Origin: Lepidodermella squamata
Taxonomy: Eukaryota; Animalia; Gastrotricha
Direction of reading: 5' to 3'
Length of the DNA stretch: 64,000 nucleotides
NCBI GenBank assembly: GCA_047495785.1
Contig: JBLDXI010000003.1
Location: 1,054,001 to 1,118,000 of the forward strand
Positions 48,901-61,400 of the stretch are shown piece by piece. Position 1 is the stretch's first letter. Every line of letters starts with the position of its first letter. The notes under the pieces are model-generated. The model did not search any database. It saw nothing but the letters and a program-made list of their open reading frames with translations, and was not told the origin of the DNA. A program made the position numbers and the translations under genes.

Positions 48901-51900
48901 TAGTGAAGCCAGTGACTCAATTTTTATTTCGCAATAGTCAGATTTATCTCTTCTATTTTTCACTGGTTAATGGTTACTGGCATATAATACCGCGGCTTTA
49001 TCGATCTGTTGAAATTTACTCAGATAATGCGCGACCTTGACCGTTTTCGATAGCATTGCTGATCTCATTCGCTTTGTCTTTGATGGCGTCTTTTATGCTT
49101 GAACCAGCAGCGTGGGGCTTTCTAGAAATAGTGCGAGCCTCAGCATTCAGCGACTCGAGCTCGCTAACGACTAGGCCAACCTAAATGGAAAAAATTGCTG
49201 ACAACATCTGTCAAAAATGATAAATTCAACCCTACCAGAACAGCGAAAATTACGAAGCGGATCATGGCTTTTGAAAAATAAAACCGTTAAAACCGTGATG
49301 ATAATTAAGTAATTTTTAAAAGAAATACTGAAAATAATTCAATTGCCCGGTGTGTTTTATAAGGTTTCGCGTCATAATCACGTGCTCGATCTTGGACATC
49401 ACGCGCATCAATTTTATTTATTCTTGCTAGCTCGTTGTTAAGAAAAATGCTTGAAAGTTTGCTTAGCTGCGTTGTCACCTGAGGTGCTTTTGAAAAAAAT
49501 ATTTTTTATCTATGGATTGGCCGCACAACAAGATGCTCTGAAATTTCGAAATTGAATGAATTGAATGGTTTCCAGATTGACGCGTTTCATGTTCGCAAAA
49601 AATGCATTTCATTCCACCCAAAACGTATTGCAAACGTATTTATAATGTTACTGGAAATAAAGGATAAGTATTTTGCATGAATTTTTGCTAAGGAGACTGA
49701 GGTCTTATTCTGTTAACTACGCCCGCCAGCCTGACCAGATCTAATTGATTCCACTTATTTAAACGCAAATATTTCAATGCGCTGAATTCACTCAACATGT
49801 AATTCCATCATCAATCTATCGGATTCACCGCATTTATTTGTCTGCTGCTTCTATATCACAATTTCTTAATCCGAAGCAAAGCTTCAAATGTCGTCCAAAT
49901 CAAATTAGAATTAGGCTTCCTTAGTTGTCGATGACTTTTGGGTCGGTGAATACATTTCAATTCTGAGCAACTGGAACCCTTTCAAATTCGGATAGTTGAA
50001 AACCCGTGCTGCGAAGGTACAGAACCTTATTTTCGGCAGTGTATCCAGAGTTGTGAAAACAATTCGTGAAACTAATTACTCCAATTTTATTTCGCAATTT
50101 TTCTTTTCACAATCGCCAGCTTCATCTCATCTCATCTATTTCTCTCGCAACTGGGTAATGATTACTGTTATATCATACCGCGGCTTTCTCGACTTGTTTA
50201 AATGTACTCGGATAGTGCGCGACCTTTACCTGCTTTTCGCGATGGCTTTGCTAACCGCATTCACCGGGTTGGAAATTTTGATTTTTCCAATAAAAGCGCC
50301 AATGTCTTTGTTGAAAGCTGCGTTAGGATGTTTAAGTCCCTTGGTATTAGCTTGACCTTTCCCATTTCCGGCGGCGTTGTGAGCCGCATTCGCCTGGTTG
50401 GCAATGTTGTTTTTGATGTTTGCAATAACAGCGCCAATGTCTTTTTTGATCGCAATTTTCGAATTAGCGCGAGCCTCAGCATTCAGCGACTCGAACTCGC
50501 TAACAGCTAGACCAACCTGAATTGAAAAAATTAGTAGCTGTGAAAAACTGACAAAATTCAACCCTACCAAAACAGCGAAAATTACAAAGCGGATCATGGC
50601 TTTTGAAAATTGAGACCGGAAAATGATGATGAAAATTGAAGTAATGAAAATTAGCGAACTCTCCGGTATGTTTTATAGGTTTGGCATTGCTAAAATATGC
50701 ACCTGCTTAACGTACTCATCGATTTTTTTCATTCTTACTGGCTCGTTGTCAAGAAATATCAGTTTGCTTAGCTGCATCGGCAATTAAGGCTTTATTAAAT
50801 TTTTTTTTCTATGAAATAAAATTCGAATAGCGGGAATAAATAATGAAGAATTGCAGTTTTTCAAGTTGAGAAATTCGAAATGAAAGTCGATTTTTATTTT
50901 TTTGGGGTTCTAAGTGACTGAAATAGTTCAATTTATTTGATGTTTTACTTGAATTTCGCATGAAAATTCTCTTTTTTGCAGATTCGTCCAAGATGCTCTG
51001 TCCATTTACCCGGCGACTTTTGTCGTACCCGTCAACTACATTCTATTCACGCTGAGCGCAATCACCGCCGGCATCATTTTCTACGGCGAACTGCTCGGCC
51101 TAGGCGAGGTGAACATCATCATCTTCATCATCGGCTGCGTGCTGTGTTTCGCCGGCGTGTTTCTAATCACGGACGACGGCCGGGCGTGTGCGATGATGGC
51201 CCAGGCGCGTCACGGTCTGTCGAACAGCGGCACCCAGATCGGCGAGGTGACGTCGTACGGCGCCGGCGGGGTGACTGCAACGTCTTCGCTGGCGAACGGT
51301 GCTCAGTCTGGGCCGAATACAGCGGCGGCGCCGGCGAATCAGAACCGCGTGATGACGCTTCTGAGGGATTGCGTTAAAATTACGCAGACTAAATTTGAAC
51401 TACAGCCGCTGTTGCATTCCTCGCCGGCTCAGCAAACGCAACAGCAGCAACTGGCCGCTGCGGCTGCGAAGCAAGCGGAAATTCAACAGCAGAAATCGAT
51501 TGATGCTCAACAGGTGGGTTATATATTGTAACTAAATCGGACGGGTCCTAATATTGTATGCTGCTGAAATTGAAGTTCTATCGGCCTTATTCGAGCGTAC
51601 TAGTTCTTAATTACTTCGATTCCTTGCGGTTTCGGCCTTTTTTGATTGATTCTCTTCATGGCCCTGGGATCTTCAATTGTATTTTACTGGTACCATCAGC
51701 TTTGTTCAGTTATTCTGCTGATATCGGAAAAAATCATCGAGTTTTAAAATCGATACTTGGAATCGATATCGTCTTCAAATCAGTTAGTCCCGAATCTGAA
51801 AGAGACAATCGATGATTCTCAATCGATTTAATTTATGCTAGCAGGAATAAGGTTTTTTGCCTGCGATTTCTGAGATTGTATTCAGATTCTCAATGCAGTT

Positions 51901-53666
51901 AGATGCAATTAAATCAGATCAAAAGGTTCTGTCAGAAACTATTTCCTTTTACTACCGCACGCTGATTCCGAAACAATCATTGATGAGCTGAGTTATGAGT
52001 TACTGGTGTGTAAGGTATGAACAGTTCACTGGTAGACCTAGATCTGGCATTTCCTTGGTCACGACATCAAAATTACCGTCATGTTTTTGGGGAAGAATCA
52101 GACATGGCCCATTTCAGCTGGATAGTGGCTGCTTGTGCAGCTGGAGATCAATCTCCTCAAATGCAGATCGACTGTCAAATTTCCCATACCACCGAGACTC
52201 GTGTAGAAATAATTTGTAAATATATCTTTATACCTACGAGCATTATAACGGTGACTGATTTCGTCGAATCAACGCCGAAACGCTGACCTTCCAGCTGAGT
52301 TATGCGAAAATTAGCGAGGAAATCCTGCATTTGCAACGTGCACTTGAGAGTCCGTCTTTTTCCGCGCTTGAAGTCCTTCTTCATCTGTTCGTTCCAGTGC
52401 ACGATTCCATCAGATTGCTCCTCTGAAGAAATGGCTGTGAGTTCGACAAATGGGTTATCGGACAAACGGTGTTGGTTTAGCTCCTCGGTCAGTTGCCGCT
52501 GAACAAAATCGTGAATATCGTATACGGATATCATTTGCTCTGGTAGATTGTGAAAAGTTTCAATTAGGAAATTGCCTTGATTAGAATCTGATTCTTCCAA
52601 TGCATGAATGTTCTTGCGCAAGGCGAGAGGGCCACTCGATTTTAGAAGGGAGATGAGCTGCGGTAGTAACGCGGCTTCTTCAAGCATGAGTGTACTTCCG
52701 AGCGGAAGATCCATTTCGGCGCTGTACGAAAATGCTGCCAGCGTCGTACGAAAACGATGACATGGGATTTTATTTAAATGAGTTTTATTAGCCTATGAGA
52801 ATCTTTAGAATGACAAGCTCCACCAACTCGTAGGTTAAATGTGGAAGGATTCGAATCGAGTAGTATCCACATCACAAATACAGGAATTCATAGGGCCTTG
52901 AGTTTTCACTTGCACAGAAGAAAATTGGCTGGGTTTTGGGGAGGTGAAGAGTCGAGACGCAGTCGGGAGTAAAATTGCCAAATTTTAGATGGAAACATTC
53001 AGTCATAAGTTGGAACAGGACGATCCTGATGTTGTCGTTATGCTTGTGAAAGAGCCTAATCACCTCGGCGAGGTTCATTTTCTTCGAGAGTTCAAGATTC
53101 ATTGCCAGCACAGCTCAATCTAACATTTTTGCTCTGCGCATTCCATGATTCTCCGCCTCACTTTACCTGTTAGCTCGTCGAGCTATGAGCGGAGTTTCTC
53201 GTAACGAGCTGAGGGGGACGCAGACTCATTTTTCAACTTCGGACAAAAAGTCTAGAGTTTAATTTGTTGTCCGGCCATTTTTTGTCAATTACTAAAATTT
53301 TGTCAATTTTTCTAGGTGTCAATGAATGACGAAAAAATGACAACTACACTACGAATGTCGGAGCCGTCGCCAATCTCCAAGCACTTGACTTCCATGAACA
53401 GCGATATTATTGGCAAATCGAGTTCATTCGCAACTCTGAGCCCTGCCCCGCGCGGCGAGCCGTTGAAACTTCACATCGAAAAGCCGGAAGATCCTAAAGA
53501 GCTGTCTCTAACCGTGATTGTTGAAGGCGGCGATCACAAGAAAACAACACCGCCGCCGTCTGACTTGCCCACGGTTGATGCGATGCGGCCGATTGCCTCG
53601 TATCTAACGCCTGAACATGACCATACGTTGACAAATCCTGATGAAGTGAACAACAATGAAAAATGA
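45944..53666 (+). CDS. NIPA-like magnesium transporter (NIPAL2/3-like); exons 45944-46451, 47264-47388, 47449-47505, 47604-47751, 50982-51513, 53316-53666
   Basis: GLNVQKYTH, LWWFGILLLVMGEMGNFVAYGVAPASAIAPLG, TVISAKAVSG, VVPVNYILFTLSAITAGIIFYGE. All junctions GT-AG and in phase. Confidence 0.88.
46782..47052. mobile_element. Decayed MITE-like inverted-repeat element in NIPA intron 1
   Basis: TTTCATCCGACAACCAAAAATG (about 46803-46824) is inverted at about 46977-46998, with repeated TCGGATGAAA motifs. No clean TSD. Confidence 0.45.
49016..49265 (-). CDS. Nested secreted peptide precursor A, 64 aa (exons 49265-49236, 49180-49016), inside NIPA intron 4
   Basis: MIRFVIFAVL|VGLVVSELESLNAEAR-TISRKPHAAGSSIKDAIKDKANEISNAIENGQGRALSE*. 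TATAAAA at 49361-49355. Confidence 0.75.
50226..50597 (-). CDS. Nested secreted cationic peptide precursor B, 106 aa (exons 50597-50568, 50516-50226), inside NIPA intron 4
   Basis: MIRFVIFAVL|VGLAVSEFESLNAEAR-ANSKIAIKKDIGAVIANIK...NKDIGAFIGKIKISNPVNAVSKAIAKSR*. TATAAAA at 50677-50671. Paralogous to precursor A. Confidence 0.78.
   Translation of the reverse strand: MIRFVIFAVLVGLNFVSFSQLLIFSIQVGLAVSEFESLNAEARANSKIAIKKDIGAVIANIKNNIANQANAAHNAAGNGKGQANTKGLKHPNAAFNKDIGAFIGKIKISNPVNAVSKAIAKSR
51600..53280 (-). pseudogene. Stop-interrupted coding-like relic of unknown family in NIPA intron 5; boundaries approximate
   Basis: Same-strand ORF fragments 52175-52714 (179 aa) and 52872-53111 (79 aa) with protein-like composition, flanked by stop-ridden continuations. 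Confidence 0.35.
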
Positions 53667-54307
53667 TCGCCAAAATTTTTTCCATGAGAAATTGCAATAT
53701 TTTTCGTTTTTTTTGAGAGAGCTATTATTATTATAATTATTTATTCATCGAGTCTCGTTTTACGTTTTGCTCAAACAGTCGTCTTTTTCGTGATGATTAT
53801 TTTGTCAGTTTTTACTATGAACGGACCAAAAACAAGTTTTTTCACCTTGTGATGTGTGACGAGCCATTTGCTAGAAATGAGTCATCGATATTTTGCTGCG
53901 TGATGATTTTTTTATTATTCCCCTTCGCTATATATCTAGCCAGACCCAGTATTTATTCCTCGCAGAGCTAATTGATCTTTCATGCTAAGTTACCAAATAA
54001 TTTTGAATTCATTGAAGACGTGAAAAATTCTATTTTATTTTGGGTCGTGAATCTGTTGTCTGGAAAATGTCTATTTATTAGTTTTCTCGGCTATTCAATA
54101 ATAGTTTCCCATCAATTTCTGAAAATTCTTTCTTCAGCCGAAAATTCCGAATAATTTATATGAGAGAGCTCAGCCATATCTTCAATTCCTTGATTGATAA
54201 AATCGAGAGTAATTAACAAGAATTTTTCTTAATTTTTAGGGATTTTTATTTATTGCAAATCGGAACGTTCGTCTACAATCCTATACAAATCTTTTCACGG
54301 CATTCGA

Positions 54308-57300
54308 ATGGTAAGTGGAAACTTAAAAAAAATATTTCATATAATTTTATTTATTTTTAAAATTTTCAAAATAATTTGTGAATTTTTTAAAGTTGAGAAT
54401 ATATTTCACCTTATTTTTTTCAGGCCGACGAATTGAATGAAGATGTATTACTCGGCGGTGATTTGAATTACGAAGATAATTTGCTCGACTACGACGAGGA
54501 CAATATATTGAGTGACAATTTCGAAAACAACAACGCCCCATCCCAACCTTTCCTGTCATCCGGAGGAAACGACTTACGCACCAGTTTATCCCGAACCATC
54601 AGCAACGACGTGGCGATAGATCACGGCGAGGAGAATATTTTCGAAGACGAAGAGCCTGTCGACGATTTGTTGGATGGAACCGGCGGTGATGTTCATGGCA
54701 ACCAGGAGGACGATTTGTTAGAGCCTAGTCCCGTTGAAAAACGGCGCGAATCCGTCAACACGGGAGACTCGCCCGATCGAGAGCGGGTCGGCCGTTTCGA
54801 GGCAGAGCGGGAGGATGTTCGGGCTCAGTTGAGTTATCGCGAGGACACTAGGGCGTCGATGCGGGGCAGCGGCAGAGGCGGCCGGGGTGGTTTCTACGAA
54901 AATCGAGGTCGCGGCAATTACCACGAGAATAAATTTCAGCGCGGTAGAGGGAACGGCAATTTCGGGCCTCAGCGCGGCTCTTTTCGCGGGCACGGGCAAA
55001 ACCCAAATTTTCAGCCTCGAATTTCTCCGCAAATGCCGTTTCAACCCGCTGTTTTGCAAATGTCGGTCCAACCCCAGCCGGATCCTCAGCAGTTGTTGCT
55101 GGCGAATATTCGACTGACAGGCATGCAGCCTCAAGTTTTGTTGGATCAATCTCAACAGCAGCGGCCTATGTTTCCGGTTAATGTGTTCAACCCTGTTGCG
55201 GGGTTGCAAATGGTGCAGGCTCAACAGCAGCAGCAACAACAACAACAACGGCCGGTTATGATCGCAACGGCTCAGCCTCAGCGGCCAGCAATCGACCCAG
55301 CTCAACAACAGGCCGAATTATTTCAGGTAATTCAGCTGGAATTAAATGTTAATGTTGAAGTAAAAAATTAGAGGGCTTATATATAAATTATTAAATGTTG
55401 ATAATTTTTATGGAATGGAATTGGATGTGTCAAGTGGATCCGTTAAAATTAAGGTTCCAGCGCTAAATTTGAGTTGAAGCTTTAGATTTTCCGAAATGGA
55501 TGTATTTTGGGTTTGAAGTTTTATTATGAAATATAACTTTTTAAACCTAACCGATATCGATTTCCTATATTGATTTTCAGTGATTTTCCGATATCAGTAG
55601 TCCATGAGAATTTCACTCAATAAGCAGTCCATAAGAATTCCTCATGACCGAGTGGATCAGGCTGCTTAACCTTCATTTTCGCGCGGCAAATGCTTAGACT
55701 TTTTCGATATATTTCGATAAATTTTGCCAATCTAGTAATTCTAGTGGCGAAAAATAGCTTGGAAATGAGAATTTTAGCTTTCTCTCTTTGGTATAACGAA
55801 AATATCCATTTTATCGAGCGTCAAAATGGGCTGTAGATTTCTTTACCTCTCGTCTGAACATCAGGAACTTCACAGATTTGAAGATTTTTTTTTAAAGCTA
55901 TTCGATGTTTTTTCGTTCACTGATATTTAAATTGGATTCGCTTCAGCTGGTTTGCTAATTGGGTATTAAATTGGCTCATTTTTCTCAAACAAAAATTCCT
56001 TGGTCAATCGTGGGCAAATACCTAATCCTTATGATTTTAAAATCTATAATTTTGATATTTTAGGCACTGTTGATGGAACGTGAGCGGCAAATGGTTGAGC
56101 AGCAGGCTCATCAGCACGATTTCCTACTGCAAAAACAGCAAGAACTGGCGCAGCAACAAGCTCAAGCTCTTCTAGCCACCCAAGTCCTGTTACAGCAGCA
56201 GCATCAACAAAATAACCTGCATCGATCAGCCGAGGAAGAGAAGCTTCGGCAACAACAGGACGCTTTTCTCGCGAGTTTGGCCGCTAAACCCGTTCGAAAT
56301 GTTGCTCCGACCCCGCAACAGCAGCAACCGCAACAACATCAACCGCAGTCTCAGACTGTTTTTCCGCAAATGCAATCTCAAAGTAAGCCGCAAAATTTGG
56401 AACCCCAACTCCAGGCTTTGAGCGGCGAGCCGAGGCGGAAAATTTTGCTGAATCCGCAATTCCAGCAGAAAATGATGGCCCAACAAGGTGCTACTGCTGC
56501 TGCCCAGGCTCCTGGGCCTGAAACAGCGGCGTCGAATCGTAGAATAGTCCTAGCCCCATCGAAACGCGACTCATCTGGCCAAGCGTTGCCGGATGAAATC
56601 AGCCCGGCGAAAATACCGAAACCAACCACAAATCCGACCCCGGAAAAACCAGTTTCGACCTCGAAGCCGGTTCCGGCTAAAACCTCGTCAAGTATCGACA
56701 ATAACGGGCCGGCTAAAACTGAGCAACCGGTGAGCAAAAAGGATGCCGAGCCCGTTAAACCACCTGTTGCTTCCTCCACCGCCGCCGCGCCCACTTCGTA
56801 TGAAAGTGAGTATGAGCGGGCGGAACGTGAGCGGGAAGTAGCGCGCACCCGGGTGCGTATCAAGCGAGAGGCGTCGCGGTTTCAAATGTCGGCCGAGCAG
56901 ATTTCGGAGGTTGAGAAAATGGTTTTCGACCAGGGCGTCGATGTTTCAGCGGCTGTGGCTGCTGTCAAACAAGGTCTGCGAGCGCCGAGTAGTGCGCCGA
57001 AAAAACCCGCACCGCAAGTACCCGTATCAAAAGTGAGTTGAAATTCGAAATATATTTCATGCGGAAAAATGTGTTGAAATAAAATTTTGAAAAATTTCAA
57101 TTAAAAATAAATAAAAAAATAAATTTGAAATTAAAATTAAAATTTAATTTTGTTAGGCCGTTGCTCCTGTATCCCGCCGTACCTGCGTTTTGATCGAGAA
57201 TGTATCGAGCGCAACGTCATCTGAGAAAATCGCCAAATGGTGCCGAAATGTTGGCGAAGTCTTGGTATGCTTCAAAAACTCGGAAAACTTGTATTTTTTC

Positions 57301-57791
57301 ATTTTCATTTTTCATTTCAGTCTTGTGTGCGAAAATCGTCAAACAGCATTCTGGTCAAGTTCCGCGATTCGAAAGCCGCGGCCGAAATGGCGTCGAAATA
57401 TTCAAGGTGGAGTGTTGATGAGATGCGGTTGCCGCCTCCTCACCTATCTCTTTATAATATAATATTAAAAATAGGCCTTAAAGTAGCAATTAATCATAGA
57501 ATATACAAAAATATAAGAGTAATATATCATGATAATCTGGGCCTATTTTCTCCATCTTTCACGTTTTTCTAATTTTCAGTGAATTCTTTGAGATGTGATA
57601 TCCGTGTCTTTCGGCTAATAGAACGGTGCCTATGCTAAGCTTACCCTTTCAAAATATGAGAAATTTGATGACGGCTCTTCATCGTCTGCTTTTGCACAAT
57701 CACTTATGATATCAGCGTAAAATTCGATCAGACTTGGGAAATTTCTATTATTTAGGGAGAGGGGAGGGGGCAAATCAATTTTGTAGTCTGA
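54308..57791 (+). CDS. RBM33: RBM33-like RNA-binding protein (exons 54308-54310, 54424-55326, 56064-57032, 57157-57264, 57321-~57431, probable tail 57771-57791)
   Basis: Acidic N-terminus, RGG region, Q/P-rich middle. C-terminal RRM-like CVLIENVSSATSSEKI...VGEV...VKFRDSKAA...KYSRWSVD resembles the remembered RBM33 C-terminus. Confidence 0.65.
57432..57770. mobile_element. 339-bp element with imperfect terminal inverted repeats interrupting the last coding exon of RBM33-like
   Basis: Left TTGCCGCCTCC vs right reverse complement TTGCCCCCTCC (10/11, including flanks). Removal restores TTG CAA ATC AAT TTT GTA GTC TGA. Confidence 0.55.
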
Positions 57792-58414
57792 TCTCCAATT
57801 TAATTTTTCTTATGTAGCTTTTTTTCTTTTTTTGTGAATATTTTTCTTGAACTGGTTTTGCTAGAGCTGGTAGAGTTTTTTCAACAACCTCGAATTTTAC
57901 GCTGAAATCATCCTACGTCTAATTCGGTCCCAGTTCCAATTGAAGAGTTTACTAAGCAAACTGTTTGCTTGATATAATCTCGCATGTATAATTGGTGAAT
58001 ATTCGAATATTTTTTATCAAAATTGTATGGGGCTATTCCTGTAAACCTAATTCTAAAGAATATATATAAATTTCCATTCGAATTGATTTCTCAGTTCCGT
58101 TCTTGGCGGAATATCCTGTGATTTGCCTCGCGTTCTACTTCGTCTTCTCACCTTTGCGCCGTAGAGTTATTCGATTGTCTTTCGCTCTAGCACTCAACTA
58201 TATGCAATACACCGCGCGTAAAATTGGTCCATTTTTAAGGCGGCGCCGCGCTCAGCAAAACAAAAACAATAGCTATATAATGGTAGAATGTCCCTAGTGC
58301 GTACAAACAAGTTGTTGTCATTAATTAGCAATTCCACGCTCAATTAGCCGCGAAATCAGGCGATCGATTCTCTTTTTGTGCTGTATGCTAGCTTGTCACA
58401 GCGGTTTTAGGTAT

Positions 58415-61400
58415 ATGCATGACGGTGAGTGTGTGATGGCATGCGCGCTAAAGGTCATAAAAGTGTGATTCATCGCTACATTATAATTCGATTATGTGTG
58501 TGTGTACTCAACACACTTGATAGTATCTTCTTATTAGAATGCATTACCGGCGTTTGAGTCACGCGTCTCGCTCGAGTTGGCTTTCTCTCACCTGTGAAAT
58601 AGCGTTTTATTTATTCGAGCGGCTTTAGATCGTTTCGCTCAAGCTTAATCGCTCAAATTAATTAGAATCGGTCCTTTCTCACCTTTTTCTATTATTAATT
58701 ACTTTCAAGCATGCTTTTATACCTGGATTAGATTTTTCTAAACCCCCAACTCGGCTGGTCTTTCAATTCTTTGCACTCTTTCATAAGGAAATGGTTTTGA
58801 GGTTCCAAATCTCTGTGTTATATTTGAGCAGCTTCAAGAAATGCGCCATAAAATGAAATATTCTACTTAATTTAAATTTTGTTGAAATGATTAGCCGTAA
58901 AAAAATGTGGTATACAATTTGGCCTTTCTAGCAAATTTGAATTTATGAGGGATAGTTTCCATCATTTCAACAAAATTGGTCTTGCTGAGATTTCTGTTTT
59001 ATTATACACTTGTGATGGCTGTTAACGCATAATTTTTTCATTTACAAAATTGATGATTATTGCTATATATGTGTGATACCTGTTTTTGACCGACTTTTCG
59101 TGATTGTTCTATATTTGGAAAAATTGTGCGTTAACGGACTGGTATGACCGCATTCTATGTTGAGTTGTATGTGCCTAAATTTACCTGTTTTCGTGTGATT
59201 TTTCATTTCATGGCGGAAATATTTCTTGAAATTGCTTGAATTTTTGTGGTCCATGTTAATTTTATACAGAGGAAATATAAATTATTTTTATTGATCATGT
59301 GAGTGTTCCTTAAAGCCATTTCATACGTATATAATTTTCTGTAATTATATACTTATGCAATTAATTAATTAATTGTTGTGCTTTGGATTAATTGATGCTC
59401 AACGCTGAAATCTTAATTAATTTATCTACCTTAATGAGAACAAGTGAGATATATAATTATATCATAGCTATACCTGTATGGCTTATTGCAACTGTGTTTT
59501 TGCTAATTCGTACCTTCAGATATAACATGGATATGTCGATATTGACTCTGAAACTGGTTGATGAAGATAACGCCAAGGACAGCGCCTGATGCAAGCTATG
59601 ATTGGACTTCATTCATCTCGACTCGAAAGCTGAAAAAGACTATCCAACGTTTAACTGCCGATTGTTGTATAAAAAGTGATGATGAAAAGCGAAAGCTGAA
59701 TCGTCATTTTGCGAACTCTGATTTTCGAGACTGATGAAAATTATCAGAGAATTTTCACGCGATTGTTTATTTGAACGTTATTTCAAGTGCTATTCAACGT
59801 TTTTTGTCGCGTGTGTCGTTTCAACGTTATATATAACCCTCGAAAAATATTATCGTTGATGGAACACTTTTATGTATAAAAGTTGGAAAAAATACTTTGA
59901 AAAAATATTGGAAATATTCCAATTTCATCTGAAAAGTAAAAATTTTTTACCTTGAATTTAATTTTTTATCTATTTTTAGATTACTTTTATCTATGCACAA
60001 GTGATGATATTAAGGAGGAATTAAGCAAGGGAGATTATATGGCAACACCTGGTTTTACTCAGTGGGCGTGCGGGACGTGCACGTTTCACAATTCGAGATT
60101 GGCTACGAAATGCGAAATGTGCAATGAACCACGCGGTAAAAAGACTTCCAGCGATCGAACGATCTCTTCCAAGCTCAATGGTGAGTTTTTTTCGATTTTC
60201 TCGATTTTTCAATGATAAATATCGATTTTTGACTTGGATTTTAATTAGTTCAGTTAGACCGGGATCTAATGCGGAGTCAAATTTTAATTCAATTTTCTTG
60301 AATTTTTGAAATATTTTGAATTTTTCCTTTGAAATTCTAGGACATTGCAATAAAATCGGGCTCAATTTTAAGTATTAGTGCATTAAATTTTGAGAAAATC
60401 TATTTTTATTCAATAAAACACTTCTCAAATAATTGTAAAATGTTTTTTTTTAGAAATCGGTCAATCAGTGGGAGATTTTATTGACAAAGTTGCGTCGAAA
60501 ATGCAGAAAGAATCTGATCGTGAAAATAACAGCCAGAATATCAATAGCAAGCATCACCCGGTGAAATCTAGTGCCAGTTCGTCGCAGCTCAGTCGACAAG
60601 CAGAGGTTTGGACGTGCCCGAGTTGCACGTACAGCCAGAACCCGATGTGGTCTCGAACTTGCGACTCGTGCCGCTACGACCCAGCTGATGTTTACGGTAT
60701 GTTTTCATACTAACAAGTATTTTTAGTTCACCGGAGTTCAAAAAGCCTTCTTTCGGAACAATTATCTCGAAAAATGATTCTATTTTTTCTCAATACTTGA
60801 GCGTTTATTGAGAATTGAGAATTGAAAATTCGGAATCTGAGGGAGAAAACTCAACTGCCAATTTGGTGATTCGGCTGAATTTTCGGGATTTTTTGTTCTC
60901 GTTGTAAGGTGTAGGGTGTAGTTAAAAACTTGACTGGCAATTCCAATACCGGAGACCATGAAACTCAAGTTCGAGACTGGTGGTGGTGTTGGATTATGTC
61001 GCATATTCTAATTCCGCCCTATTCTAAACAGTTAGCCTCTCTCGTGGCCCTGCAGGTTGAATGCATTAAAGCGTAGATTCTCGAATTTGATATACCCACC
61101 CATGGTATGTGTATTGCGATTAAATGGTATGCTATTGGCGTGGCGCATGTCTAGTGTTACCAATTCGAACATAGACTTGCTTTTTCGGGCGTTTTCATTC
61201 TTTGGGCCATGACGTTTTGAATATTTCTCTCGAAAAAAGTTGGTAGCGTAGAAAGTTTTTGCGAAAGTTCGTGAGAATCGACGATTACTCGGGGTTTCAC
61301 TGTGATTTTGCTTTTGGCGACTGACAAATCCTGTGCTGATAAATGCTGATGCAATTTCCACTTAATTCGAAATCGAATAAATCAATAGCGAAATCGCATC

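Noticed and set aside
54718-56863. Minus-strand Leu-rich ORFs
   Set aside because: Antisense shadows of the Gln-rich exons of RBM33-like.
59672-59726. Intronic GTGATGA...CTGA...CTGA with A/T terminal stem (C/D snoRNA-like)
   Set aside because: Short (about 55 nt), no C' box and no recognisable rRNA guide.
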